From Bacteroidota bacterium (GTDB lineage: Bacteria > Bacteroidota > Bacteroidia > AKYH767-A > 2013-40CM-41-45), in contig SHNE01000026.1 of the NCBI GenBank assembly GCA_004295015.1, positions 8,675-72,674 on the forward strand: a stretch of DNA of 64,000 nt. Reading direction: 5' to 3'. Below the pieces are notes generated by a model that ran no database searches, was not told where the DNA came from, and was given only the letters and a program-made list of their open reading frames with translations. The position numbers and the translations under genes are program-made. This document shows positions 48,392-58,904 of the stretch, piece after piece (positions within the stretch are counted from its first letter, which is position 1; every line of letters starts with the position of its first letter).

Positions 48392-48844
48392 ATGAAATTT
48401 CGTGAAGCAACTATTGAAGATATTGATCCTATTCATACAGTAAGAATGTCTGTAAAAGAAAACATACTCGTAAACCTGTCACTGGTAACAAAAGATGATT
48501 ATATACGGCTGTTAACACAAGACGGAAAAGGCTGGGTCTGCGAAACAGATTTCGGAATTGTGGCATTTTCTATTGTGGATACCATTAAAAAAAATGTTTG
48601 GGCGCTTTTTGTTCACCCTGATTTCGAAGCAAAGGGAATTGGTTCAACCATTCATAATTTAATGCTCGATTGGTATTTTTCTCATGAACAAGAAACTCTT
48701 TGGCTGAGCACTGATGCAGAGACCAGGGCAGACAAGTTCTATCGTGAAGCAGGCTGGAAAGAAGTAATGCGTTTTGGAAAAAACGAAATTAAATTTGAAA
48801 TGACATTTGAAGAGTGGAAAAATCAGGAGAAAAATATATCCTGA
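48392..48844 (+). CDS. GNAT-family N-acetyltransferase
   Basis: 150 aa. Acetyl-CoA-binding motif A-like region: FVHPDFEAKGIGSTIHNLMLDW. Confidence 0.7.
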   Translation: MKFREATIEDIDPIHTVRMSVKENILVNLSLVTKDDYIRLLTQDGKGWVCETDFGIVAFSIVDTIKKNVWALFVHPDFEAKGIGSTIHNLMLDWYFSHEQETLWLSTDAETRADKFYREAGWKEVMRFGKNEIKFEMTFEEWKNQEKNIS

Positions 48845-49122
48845 CTCTTAAATCCAAGATTGAGACGACAACTCTGATCCTATCAGAATTAACTGATTTT
48901 TTATACACAGACAATTTCAAATAACAATGCCAAAACAGCATTTGATTTCGGTTGATTAGTCGGTGAGGATCAGAGTATTGAAATATTTTCAGGCTGGCAA
49001 GAATCATGGCTTATCAACAGTAAAAAAAAAGGAAAGTCGACAGGATATGCTTGGTTGATTAATAAAATGGAGATTCTTTTTAATTTAGCAGGTCAAACAG
49101 ATTAGCTCTTAATAAATTCACT

Positions 49123-50961
49123 ATGAAAAATTATTTATTATTTCTGACCCTGATATTCAGTGCACCGGTTTTTTCAACAACTACGAGTGTCACAAGTTTA
49201 GGTGATGCAGGTACAGGTTCCTTAAGGGAAATCATCAACACCGCCACAGCAGGTGATACAATCGACTTTTTAGTTGCCGGAACAATCACTTTATCCGGCG
49301 GTGAAATTATTATTAATAAAGACCTTGTTATCCTATCTTCCGGACCTGCAAATCTGACATTGAGCGGAAACAGCAGCAACAGAATACTAAACATAACCGG
49401 AGGCAATGTATTCATCAGCAGTGTTTCTTTCGAGAATGGTGTTTTAAGCGGATCAGGTGGCGCAATCCAAAACTCTTCTCCGGATACGGTCACAATTGAA
49501 AAAAGCGTATTCAATTCCTGTGCTGCCGGTATTGATGGTGGTGGAATAAAAAATACGGGTATGTTTTTAAGAATAATTGACTGCACATTCACCAACAACC
49601 ATGCAGGTTTTGACGGTGGTGGCTTATATAGCAGCACAGGTTTGGTAACAATAATCGGCTCTACATTTAATGGAAACAGCTGTTCGATTTCCGGAGCAGG
49701 TATCAGGACGGTCGGCGGTACCTGCAAACTAATTAACAGCACTCTTTCAGGAAATAATGCAACAGTAAGTGGTGGTGGATTTGAGGGAATCCTAGATATT
49801 ATGAATAGTACGATCACGGAAAATAATTCTCAGAATGGAGGTGGTGCAAAAACCACAGGGGCGGTTTTTCAAAATACAATTGTATACAACAATCATGTTT
49901 CCGGTAATAGCCCTGATATTGCAGGTCCAATAAACTCTAACGGAAATAATATATTCGGTGATACATCAGGATGTAGCGGTGCGATTTTCAGCGATCTCAT
50001 TAATATCAATCCAATGCTGGATATCTTAGGCCTAAATGGAGGTTATACCGCCACCCATGCAATAATGAGTACAAGTCCGGCTATTGATGCAGGAACCTGT
50101 CTGGGTGCACCATCAACAGACCAAAGAGATATAAATCGTGTTGGCTTTCCTGATATTGGAGCATATGAATTTGGTGGCACACCATTCGTTATAAATCAAA
50201 TATCAGAATCGATTTGCAACGGAGATGTATATGTTTTTGGCAACCAAAACCTGGATACGGCAGGTGTATATATGGAAACTTTTCAAACATTGGCTGATTG
50301 TGATTCAACAGTTGAGCTCACTCTAAGCATTAAACAAATCTATAATGAAACTGCCAACGCCACGATCTGCATAGGTGACTCCTTAATTTTCGGATCACTG
50401 ACACTCCTTAGTTCAGGTACTTATACTGAACAATTTTCAAGTTCATTAAATTGCGATTCAACGGTGGAGTTAACTTTGACAGTAACAGAACCCGACATTA
50501 CAGTAAGTCAAAGCGGCAAAACATTGAGTGCGGCCGGAACTGCAGAATCCTATCAATGGATCGACTGCAACACAAATCAGATAATACCCAATGACACAAG
50601 CCGTGTATTTATTGCACTTGCTAATGGTCAATATGCAGTGATAGTTACTGAGAATGGCTGCTCTGATACATCAGCCTGCTATAATGTGACTACGGTCGGT
50701 ATTGCAACAGAAAATTTTTCATCAGGAATTTCAGTCTATCCTACAATGGTAAAAAGTAAGACTTCGGTACGATTCATCGAGTCTCAAAAATTTGTCAACA
50801 TAATATTGATGGATATAAGCGGCAGAGAAATTCACAGAGAGAAATATTCAGAAACAAACACATTAACTCTTGATCTCAGCATTTGCAAGCCCGGAAACTA
50901 TTTTATCCAAGTGGAATCAGGAGAGAAAAACAGCATTCATCGGGTAGTTAAAATAGAATAA
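49123..50961 (+). CDS. Right-handed parallel beta-helix protein with Pmp-type (GGA[IL]...FxxN) repeats and a T9SS type A C-terminal domain
   Basis: 612 aa with a signal peptide. LGDAGTGSLREIINTA is an N-terminal motif. Repeats GGAIQNS/IDGGGIKNTG/FDGGGLYSS/SGGGFEG alternate with F-x-x-N. The C-terminus SVYPTMVKSKTSVRF...GNYFIQV is a T9SS C-terminal domain. Confidence 0.7.
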   Translation: MKNYLLFLTLIFSAPVFSTTTSVTSLGDAGTGSLREIINTATAGDTIDFLVAGTITLSGGEIIINKDLVILSSGPANLTLSGNSSNRILNITGGNVFISSVSFENGVLSGSGGAIQNSSPDTVTIEKSVFNSCAAGIDGGGIKNTGMFLRIIDCTFTNNHAGFDGGGLYSSTGLVTIIGSTFNGNSCSISGAGIRTVGGTCKLINSTLSGNNATVSGGGFEGILDIMNSTITENNSQNGGGAKTTGAVFQNTIVYNNHVSGNSPDIAGPINSNGNNIFGDTSGCSGAIFSDLININPMLDILGLNGGYTATHAIMSTSPAIDAGTCLGAPSTDQRDINRVGFPDIGAYEFGGTPFVINQISESICNGDVYVFGNQNLDTAGVYMETFQTLADCDSTVELTLSIKQIYNETANATICIGDSLIFGSLTLLSSGTYTEQFSSSLNCDSTVELTLTVTEPDITVSQSGKTLSAAGTAESYQWIDCNTNQIIPNDTSRVFIALANGQYAVIVTENGCSDTSACYNVTTVGIATENFSSGISVYPTMVKSKTSVRFIESQKFVNIILMDISGREIHREKYSETNTLTLDLSICKPGNYFIQVESGEKNSIHRVVKIE

Positions 50962-50976
50962 TCGCATTTCCTGGAA

Positions 50977-51012
50977 TAAAAAAAACCACGACGAATAGCC
51001 GTGGTTTTTTTT
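50977..51012. terminator. Bidirectional rho-independent terminator between convergent genes
   Basis: An A8 run precedes a ccacg/cgtgg stem (50986-50990 pairs with 51000-51004) with a 9-nt loop, followed by a T8 run. It is symmetric, so it can terminate transcripts from both strands. Confidence 0.6.
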
Positions 51013-51030
51013 ATTCCATAGAAAGAGATA

Positions 51031-51474
51031 TTATTTCCGGGTTCCTTTAATCTCACTATAAATTTCGTCGCCATGATGATTGAAGTGTTTACTCCACATT
51101 TTGTCATAGGGCGCACGGGCTTTCTTGTCGGGCCAGAGAGCTTTTTCAGTGGCATCGTCTATTTCAAAAGCGGCTTCCATGTCTGTCAGACTTTTGTACT
51201 CCATAATGTAGACATACTCCCTGCTATCACCGGAAAAAAAGTGCGACATGGTACGTGCACTGAGTAGTTTAGGGTTTTTCATGGCTACATTTTCATGATA
51301 ATAGCGCACGAGAGAATCGGCTTGCGCTCTGTCGATGTCCGGACCTGTATTTCGTACCCAGGTTTGAACTACGAAAATATGCGGCGCTTCCTCCTCTTGT
51401 GCAAAGACAGAGAACGATCCACAACAAGTAAATACAGCAACTACAGCTGCGAAGAGTAATTTTTTTGTTTTCAT
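51031..51474 (-). CDS. Hypothetical secreted protein
   Basis: 147 aa with a signal peptide (MKTKKLLFAAVVAVFTCCGSFSVFAQ). No recognised family. Confidence 0.45.
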   Translation of the reverse strand: MKTKKLLFAAVVAVFTCCGSFSVFAQEEEAPHIFVVQTWVRNTGPDIDRAQADSLVRYYHENVAMKNPKLLSARTMSHFFSGDSREYVYIMEYKSLTDMEAAFEIDDATEKALWPDKKARAPYDKMWSKHFNHHGDEIYSEIKGTRK

Positions 51475-51661
51475 GTTTTAGGTTTTTAGTTAAACAATAT
51501 AATAAGAACTTTAAGCCTAAATTAGTCATTAACTTAATACCGGGTGAAATCTCTCCATATTTCTTAATTTAAAATTCAACAAAGTATATTCATATAAATT
51601 GTTCAAATAATATAATAATACCGGTCATTTTGGGAAGAAATAATTGTGTACCTTTTCTACC

Positions 51662-53479
51662 ATGAAAAAATGTATCCTTCTATTGGCAACTTATTTTGTT
51701 GCCACTACTCTTTATGGTCAAACAATTCCCTCTAACCGCATCAGTACATGGAGTGAGACGGGATATGGCGATAGCATTCCGGAACCGGGCAACATTGTTG
51801 ATGTAATGAACTTCGGAGCAGTTGCAGATGGTATTGCTGACGACTACGCTGCCGTGAACGCAGCCATAAATTCACTAGGCGGAATGCAGGGCGTAGTTTA
51901 TTTTCCTCCCGGAATATATAAGATAGGTGCAAGTATTAATCTACCCGATAGTGTCGTTCTTCGAGGTGCCTCATCTGATTCCACTCATTTAAAATTTGAT
52001 TTGCAAGGTGCTGTTGGAAATTGTATTAATATAACCGGATCTATCTCAGGGCCATTTGATACAATTGTAGCTGCGTTCCGTGGTACTAGTCATATCAGCG
52101 TTTTGGATCCGCTGCCTTACCAACCAGGAATGTACCTGGAATTGATGGAGGATAATGGCTCCTGGGACACTCAGCCTGTCTCCTGGGCTGATAATTCCGT
52201 AGGTCAGATAGTGAAAATTGTAAGTATTACTCCATCCGGAGTAGGAGCCGCTCTCGAAACACAAAGCCCGATTCGAGCAGACTATGGAAGTGGATGGGGA
52301 ACCAATGCACGCATCCGAATAATTAATCCTGCACGGGAAGTTGGTATTGAATGTCTTCAAATAAGCAGAGCTGACAGTGTACATACCGGGGTTTGTTTTA
52401 ATATATATTTCAACTACGCGGTTCATTGCTGGATACGCGGTGTAGAAAGCTCTAAAAGTATTGGCAGTCATGTTGAAATCGATGCTTCCTCGAGGATAAC
52501 AGTTACCGGAAGCTATTTTCATCATGCCTATGAATACGATGGTGCTTCGACACATGGTTATGGAATAACATTATTCAATCATACGGGAGAATGTAGAGTA
52601 GAAAATAATATCATGAAACACTTGAGACATTCTTTTTCATTTCAGGCCGGCGCAAACGGAAATGTGAATGCATACAATTACAGTCTTGAACCGAACAGAT
52701 CGGAAGTTCCAGCGGATGCAGGAGCTGATATTTCCATGCACGGACACTTTCCTTTTGCAAATCTTTTCGAAGGAAACATTGTTCAGACTATTCAAATCGA
52801 TCAGACATGGGGACCAAGCGGACCTTACAATACTTTTTTTAGAAATCGGGCTGAACTTTATGGAATACTTATGTCTTCGGGAACAGTCGAAAGCAATGAG
52901 CAGCATTTTGTCGGGAATGAAGTAACGAGCACCGTAATTTTCACCGGAAACTATATCCTTGCCGGTACCGGTCATATAGAATTTGGAAATATGATAAGAG
53001 GAGTACTTACTCCTGCCGGCACTACTCCACTTACGGAATCATCCTATTATTTGACGGCAGCACCGGGCTTTTGGGGAAGCACAGCAAGCTGGCCATCTAT
53101 AGGAATTCCGAACAGTCCGGGTTCAGGCACAAATCCGGCTAAAGCCAGATACCTAGCCGGTGCATCCATGACTGTTTGCAGAGAAGACTTTACAACCGGC
53201 ATCCCTGCAATCCTTCCAAGCCAAAATGTTTATAGTATTTCACCAAATCCAATCAAGCAAGAACTCAACATCTATTCTTCAGGTCAGAATAAAGAATCCG
53301 TTGAAATTTATTGCCATGATATCAGTGGAAGATTGGTATTTATAAAAGCAATCACATTGAATCCGGGAAGAAATGAGATCAACTTAAACTCTTCTGTAAA
53401 ACTTCAAAATGGAATATATCTGCTAACGATTACATCAGAAAACATCATTCAAAAATTGAAATTGATTAAGCAGGAATAA
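51662..53479 (+). CDS. Pectate-lyase-superfamily (right-handed beta-helix, PL3/GH28-related) protein with a T9SS type A C-terminal domain
   Basis: The N-terminal motif VDVMNFGAVADGIADDYAAVNAAI matches the [FGA]-x-GDG-x-x-DD-x-x-A-[IF] start of pectate-lyase-superfamily proteins. The C-terminus VYSISPNPIKQELNIY...GIYLLTI is a T9SS C-terminal domain. The ORF is open from 51644, but MKKCILLL at 51662 is a better signal peptide. Confidence 0.65.
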   Translation: MKKCILLLATYFVATTLYGQTIPSNRISTWSETGYGDSIPEPGNIVDVMNFGAVADGIADDYAAVNAAINSLGGMQGVVYFPPGIYKIGASINLPDSVVLRGASSDSTHLKFDLQGAVGNCINITGSISGPFDTIVAAFRGTSHISVLDPLPYQPGMYLELMEDNGSWDTQPVSWADNSVGQIVKIVSITPSGVGAALETQSPIRADYGSGWGTNARIRIINPAREVGIECLQISRADSVHTGVCFNIYFNYAVHCWIRGVESSKSIGSHVEIDASSRITVTGSYFHHAYEYDGASTHGYGITLFNHTGECRVENNIMKHLRHSFSFQAGANGNVNAYNYSLEPNRSEVPADAGADISMHGHFPFANLFEGNIVQTIQIDQTWGPSGPYNTFFRNRAELYGILMSSGTVESNEQHFVGNEVTSTVIFTGNYILAGTGHIEFGNMIRGVLTPAGTTPLTESSYYLTAAPGFWGSTASWPSIGIPNSPGSGTNPAKARYLAGASMTVCREDFTTGIPAILPSQNVYSISPNPIKQELNIYSSGQNKESVEIYCHDISGRLVFIKAITLNPGRNEINLNSSVKLQNGIYLLTITSENIIQKLKLIKQE

Positions 53480-53543
53480 ATCAAGTCATACATAGGTTTG
53501 GTCGAGCTGACATTCGCCTCCTATATGCAAATCCGCTTTTATA

Positions 53544-53658
53544 CCACGAATGCACCTGTAAAAGCTCCGAAATTTTGTGATCGCTAAAGCAATTTGACGA
53601 AAATAAATTTAAAACTGATGCGCAAGAATTAAATGCGACGTCATTCGTGCATTCCTGG
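53544..53658. repeat. Solo copy of the structured inverted-repeat element (ccacgaatgcac ... gtgcattcctgg)
   Basis: It lies in the convergent intergenic region between 53479 and 53737. The arms are reverse complements with one mismatch and enclose about 90 nt. It shares the cacgaatgcac/attcgtgcattc motif with the elements at 17185-17295 and 17863-18460. Confidence 0.6.
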
Positions 53659-53736
53659 CAAAAAAATTTCAATCAGCTCCTGAACGACTATCATCTGCAA
53701 ATAGTAGCACGTGTGTATGCAGTTCTGACCTCTTCA

Positions 53737-54405
53737 TTAATTCATTGAAGAGTTTCCTGAGTGCTCGGGCTCCCGTGCAGAACCTTTTTTGCGATTAAAG
53801 GTGGTTTTAAAAACAAGATCCCAAAATGCAGAACTAACCCCAAAACCGTTGTGCATATCCTGATAATGATGCAACATGTGATGCTGCTTTAATTTCAACC
53901 AAAATTTACTCTTGAAATTGTAGTGATGAATAGCATAGTGAGTCATGTCATAAAAGAGATATCCTGACAGGAATCCCACAAAGAAAGGAGCCACATTAAT
54001 CGGCCCAAGCAGCGCACGAAATAAAAAATAAAAGAGTATAGCCAATGGAATACTGACTGTCGGAACCATCACCAGACGTTTACTGTCGCTCGGAAAATCA
54101 TGGTGCACACCATGAAAAATAAAATGAATCCTGGCCCCTATTTTGCCCGGTGCTTTCCAATGAAACACGAAGCGATGCAGCATATACTCAGTAAAGGTCC
54201 AGACGCAAATACCCAAAATTGTAAAGACGAAAAAGTTTTGGAACCCTAATCCATGAATCCGGAAGCTTTGGAAAATAAAATAAATGATTACCGGAATATA
54301 AATAAAAAGCGGCACAGAGAAGTGGATTCTCGATAATCCCTCAAGCAAATTATTGCTGAACATCCTCTCGGTTTGATCCTTATTGCTGATGAAGTTTTTT
54401 GCCAT
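53737..54405 (-). CDS. Sterol desaturase / fatty acid hydroxylase superfamily membrane protein
   Basis: 222 aa. His boxes HRFVFH, HGVHH and HHMLHH lie between TM helices. Confidence 0.7.
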   Translation of the reverse strand: MAKNFISNKDQTERMFSNNLLEGLSRIHFSVPLFIYIPVIIYFIFQSFRIHGLGFQNFFVFTILGICVWTFTEYMLHRFVFHWKAPGKIGARIHFIFHGVHHDFPSDSKRLVMVPTVSIPLAILFYFLFRALLGPINVAPFFVGFLSGYLFYDMTHYAIHHYNFKSKFWLKLKQHHMLHHYQDMHNGFGVSSAFWDLVFKTTFNRKKGSAREPEHSGNSSMN

Positions 54406-54477
54406 GAAACCTCCGAAACCTAAAATTAGGAATTTTTCAATGAATTACAAAACAGCATGCAGGGTGATGAGGAAAAA

Positions 54478-57400
54478 TCAGCGAATCAAGGTGAGTCTCC
54501 CAACAATTACTTTTTCTCCAAACTTCTCCTGTTTTAAATCAACACGATAAAGATAAACCCCATTTTGTGCAGGGGTGTGTCCTCTTTGTATATGGCCATC
54601 CCAGGCAATACTCTGATCGCCCTCAAAAATCAATTGTCCCCAACGGTCCCAAATTGTGTAGCTGTAATCAATGAGGCTGACACCCATTGGCTGCCATGTT
54701 TCATTTTGAAAATCACCGTTAGGAGAAAATGCGCTTGGAAAAAATACAGAAATGTCTTCTTTAACTACAATATTATAACGCAATGTGTCCGTGCAACCAT
54801 TTACGGATTGCGTGATCAACATTACCTGATAAGTTCCTATTGAATCGTATGTATGCTCAGGATTCAACTGGGAACTAAAAGTGCTGTCACCAAAATCCCA
54901 AAGCCACGAAACTGCGTTCTGTGATAAATTCTGAAATGCAACTGTATTGTTCAGGCTTGAAACTTCGTCAGGCGAATATGTCAAGGCTGAAGTCGGGCCA
55001 CTAAGTACAGGTATGCGAATTGTTCCGGTTGCAATTGTGCTTGCACAATTATCCTGAACATGTACCACAAAATCACCTGTAACTTTCGGTCGTACAATTA
55101 CTGTATCTGTCAATTCCGGAGAATGATCCCAGAAGTAGGTATAAGGCCCTCCATCTCCTCCACTCACCTGAACACTTAACATCACCGGCGTACCCGGACA
55201 ATTATTACCGGTTCCATTTACCTGAACATTTATTGGCTGATACGTTATGATACGAATAATATTAGATAATGTATCCTGCCGGGTGAGACATTCTGCATTT
55301 GAAGTAAAACTTAACTGAATCTGATCACTATTTGCATAATTGCTTGCCGGAAGAGACGATGAATTTGTACCGGTAACTATTCCATTCACTCTCCAGATAT
55401 AGACAGGTGAAGTTCCGCCATTCTGAGATTGTGATGTAATAGTAACATTCTGTCCCGGACAAATCGTGTCGGAAGGACTGGCATGAATACTAACAGAAGG
55501 TGTAACGTATGGTTTTAAATCAACTGTAAATATATTCGATTGAGCAGTTGGCACAAGAGCACAAGGACTATTCGATGTAAGCGAAACTTTTATCTGATCA
55601 CCATCCTGAGGCATATAGGAAAAAGTCGCTGCATTCATTCCCTGCAATACTCCATTGACCGTCCATTGAAATGAGGGTGTTGTCCCCCCGTTAGCTGCAG
55701 TTGCAGTCCAACTAATTGTATCACCAACACATGTTCCGTTAGCTGAATTACTAATCGTGACAGATGGATTAGCAACAGGAGAAACATTCACAATAACAGA
55801 ATCGCTGTCTGAAGGCAGAATAGCACAAGACAGAGACGAAACTACTTCAACCCATACAAGATCCTGATCATTGAGTGTATGAACATTAAAAACAGAATCT
55901 GTTGCAGGTTGCAAGATGCCATTTATGTACCAACGATATATTGGTATGGATCCGGCTGCAGTTGCCGATGCCCTAAAGTAAGCAGTATCCCCTGCACAAA
56001 GATTGAGCGATGGAGAAACACTAAGATTTACTGAAGGAGAAGCAGCAGAAGTGACCGTAATGACAGTCCAACTTTGAGCATTGTTACTGAGCAAACACGT
56101 ATGCGATGAGTTTAAACTTACACTTACCGAATCACCATTCACAGGATTCTGTACAACAAAACTTGAATTTGATGTAGGCACGCCGCTGGCAACACCATTA
56201 AGATACCACTGATAGGATGGAGACAAACCTCCCCCACCAGCTAAAGCTGTATAGCTAATTGAATCACCGGCACAGACTGCACCTGCGGGAAGAGCAGTCA
56301 ACGAAACGACCGGAGTAATCTGAGGTTCAAATAAAATACGTGTACTGTCAAATGCGATTGCTGAAATTACACATCCAAGAGAAGATATCATTTCTACGCT
56401 AACAAGACTGTCATTTGCAGTAATAGCAGAACTAAATGTACTTGCATTTGCTCCGGGAACAGGAAGCCCATTTACATACCACCGGTAAGCAGGTGAGGCG
56501 CCTCCATTCAAAGGGCTTGCATTAAAAGTAACAGTAGAACCGGGGCAGATAGTCGTATCAGGACTAATACTTACTCCGGGACTCACTGCATTACTAAACA
56601 CAACAAACAATGCAGCTGTATCAACCTGAGGATTTGAACATGGGGAATTTGAAGTCAATACTACCTGCACTAAGGATCCATTGATGAAGGCATTGCTCTT
56701 GAGAGTGTCAGAGGCTCCGGACTGAACCAGAATTCCATCAATGTACCAATCATAAACAGGAGCACTTCCGCCGTTAACCGGTGAAGCAAGAAACCGAATA
56801 CTATCACCCGGACAAATGGCGCCAGGAGGTGATGAAGAAAGGCTAACATCAGTGGCTGATGCCCCATCAATTACAATATTTAACGTTGAATCAAAGACAC
56901 ATGAATTGGAAGTATAACGTAAAGTAATTGGATACACTGCCGGAATTCCATATTGAATAATCGGAGATTTAGAATTTGTAATCACCCCACCAGGTGCATT
57001 ACTACCAGGCATTGTCCAATCATAGGAAGAGACTGGTCCTGATCCCAGACCAAGTAAGGTGACCGCTTGTCCGATACAGGCCGGATTAGGACTAATCGTA
57101 AATCCGGGATTGTTATAAGGCGTCACCTGCACAGTACTTGACCCGGTTGCAACTGTTCCACATGCATCAGTAACAGTAACTGTATAGTTTGTTGTTGAAG
57201 CAGGACTAACTCTGATCGTATCATTGTTTGGTGCAATTGGAGACCAAACGTTTTGATACGGAGGAACTCCAAACTGTGTAATCGTAATAACATTCACTGA
57301 ATCACCTGCACAAATAATCTGCGTTGGACTATTATAAATCATTTCCATAGTCCTTCCTTCAATCGTCATCATCCAGGGTTGTGAAGCACGAATACATGAA

Positions 57401-58752
57401 TTCCCGCAAACGATAGCAGGATCATTGTTACAACGATAGAAGTGCAAAGTGAAGTCCAGGTTCTGTGGCGCACATTGTGGGGAAGGTAAACATGAAGTGA
57501 AATCCGGAAGGGTTGTAGCATTGAGAACGCCACAGTTGAAATTCGAAATTGCAAATGCACAAGTTATTACTCCCGGGGCAGCCGATGGATATTTGCATGA
57601 GGCAAAATCCACACTAAAGCCTCCATCCTGAGCAAAGCAGGCACCGGTTGCAAAATACTCAAAGGATGTATATATATTCGTAATTGTTGTATTGGCAGGA
57701 GTTGGCACGGTGAGAAAGTAGTCACAGCTGTTGGTCCAACAAACAGGAGAGAATCTTGTACCGGTAATTGAGCCGGCTGCTAAAGAATTTTGGGTAGTAA
57801 CAACCGGATCAATAACAACCGGATAAACTGTAGATGGATCATTTAACCAAGAGACAGATGTAAATACGTCTAAAGTTTTCTCATTCGTAATTCTACTCCT
57901 TAATTCTTTTCGTTGTGGCGTGGAACTATTATCATAAGCGTAGCATTTTTCTATGGTAAAGTGAGGACTATGATCAGTACTCCCTACATACAAATCAATA
58001 TGCTCTCCATATTCAGAACCCGGGATTGAAAGGAATCGCATCGAATCAGGGAATTCAAAATTCTGTCTCATCACCAAATATCCATTGCTGAGGAGCAGCT
58101 TACTCTTCAATATAAAACTTGTCTCTATAGTACCTGTTGAAAGAGTAAAGACTGCATCAATTCCCGGATAAAAGTCAATGATCTTTAATCCATCATCACC
58201 GGCAGTAAAGTGACTCCAGTCGGCAGTACCAAGAATTGTCTCCTTACCCTCATCATCAACATGAACAAGCTTTAAATCATGATTAAAGCTTAAAATTTTT
58301 CCATTAAATTCAATCGTCGAAAATCGTTTATCCAAATTTAAGACAATGGGTGTAGGTTGATTTGAAGCAGTGAAAATTTGATTGTTGTTTACATCAGGTG
58401 TCAATCGATAGTTAATCTCCCGCCAGTTTCCTTTCTTATCCAAGTAGTTAATTGGAGAATAAGCCTGCTGTTTGAAAAAATGACTCCCTCCACTACCTGA
58501 TTTCACAAAATACCTGGTATAAGCATCCCGCTTTGAGAGCAATTCAAAACAATTTTTCTCAGGTGGAATCTGATAAGGCATCACCCCAAAATCAGGATGC
58601 GATTGATATTCTTTGGAAAGTTCCAAAAGTTCTGTACTTACTTTCTTTTCTGTCCCGGAAAAAGAAAATAAATTCTTACCCTCTATCCGTGCAATCTGAG
58701 CCTGCAACTGGATGATAAAGAGAAATGGAAATAAAATGACAAATCTTCTCAT
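54478..58752 (-). CDS. Giant T9SS type B (gliding-motility-associated C-terminal domain) cargo protein with many Ig-like/SprB-type repeats and a PKD domain
   Basis: 1424 aa with a signal peptide. Many Cys-bounded repeats of about 90 aa are present (…CxGDSIxxxA...YxWYxNG...). A PKD segment follows (WLWDFGDSTFSSQLNPEHTYDSIGTYQVMLI). The C-terminus FFPSAFSPNGDFQNETW...GVYLYRV matches the type B sorting domain. Confidence 0.75.
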   Translation of the reverse strand: MRRFVILFPFLFIIQLQAQIARIEGKNLFSFSGTEKKVSTELLELSKEYQSHPDFGVMPYQIPPEKNCFELLSKRDAYTRYFVKSGSGGSHFFKQQAYSPINYLDKKGNWREINYRLTPDVNNNQIFTASNQPTPIVLNLDKRFSTIEFNGKILSFNHDLKLVHVDDEGKETILGTADWSHFTAGDDGLKIIDFYPGIDAVFTLSTGTIETSFILKSKLLLSNGYLVMRQNFEFPDSMRFLSIPGSEYGEHIDLYVGSTDHSPHFTIEKCYAYDNSSTPQRKELRSRITNEKTLDVFTSVSWLNDPSTVYPVVIDPVVTTQNSLAAGSITGTRFSPVCWTNSCDYFLTVPTPANTTITNIYTSFEYFATGACFAQDGGFSVDFASCKYPSAAPGVITCAFAISNFNCGVLNATTLPDFTSCLPSPQCAPQNLDFTLHFYRCNNDPAIVCGNSCIRASQPWMMTIEGRTMEMIYNSPTQIICAGDSVNVITITQFGVPPYQNVWSPIAPNNDTIRVSPASTTNYTVTVTDACGTVATGSSTVQVTPYNNPGFTISPNPACIGQAVTLLGLGSGPVSSYDWTMPGSNAPGGVITNSKSPIIQYGIPAVYPITLRYTSNSCVFDSTLNIVIDGASATDVSLSSSPPGAICPGDSIRFLASPVNGGSAPVYDWYIDGILVQSGASDTLKSNAFINGSLVQVVLTSNSPCSNPQVDTAALFVVFSNAVSPGVSISPDTTICPGSTVTFNASPLNGGASPAYRWYVNGLPVPGANASTFSSAITANDSLVSVEMISSLGCVISAIAFDSTRILFEPQITPVVSLTALPAGAVCAGDSISYTALAGGGGLSPSYQWYLNGVASGVPTSNSSFVVQNPVNGDSVSVSLNSSHTCLLSNNAQSWTVITVTSAASPSVNLSVSPSLNLCAGDTAYFRASATAAGSIPIYRWYINGILQPATDSVFNVHTLNDQDLVWVEVVSSLSCAILPSDSDSVIVNVSPVANPSVTISNSANGTCVGDTISWTATAANGGTTPSFQWTVNGVLQGMNAATFSYMPQDGDQIKVSLTSNSPCALVPTAQSNIFTVDLKPYVTPSVSIHASPSDTICPGQNVTITSQSQNGGTSPVYIWRVNGIVTGTNSSSLPASNYANSDQIQLSFTSNAECLTRQDTLSNIIRIITYQPINVQVNGTGNNCPGTPVMLSVQVSGGDGGPYTYFWDHSPELTDTVIVRPKVTGDFVVHVQDNCASTIATGTIRIPVLSGPTSALTYSPDEVSSLNNTVAFQNLSQNAVSWLWDFGDSTFSSQLNPEHTYDSIGTYQVMLITQSVNGCTDTLRYNIVVKEDISVFFPSAFSPNGDFQNETWQPMGVSLIDYSYTIWDRWGQLIFEGDQSIAWDGHIQRGHTPAQNGVYLYRVDLKQEKFGEKVIVGRLTLIR

Positions 58753-58904
58753 CCGAAAAACATCAAGTGCCGGCTGACTGAATTAGCTTTAATTAATTTC
58801 TTTAAAATTAACAGAAATACCGTAATCTTGATTGATTCACCCGGGTATATCTTAGCATTCAACGTAAAACCGGAATGTTAGATACAGTAAATAATGAGTT
58901 TTTC

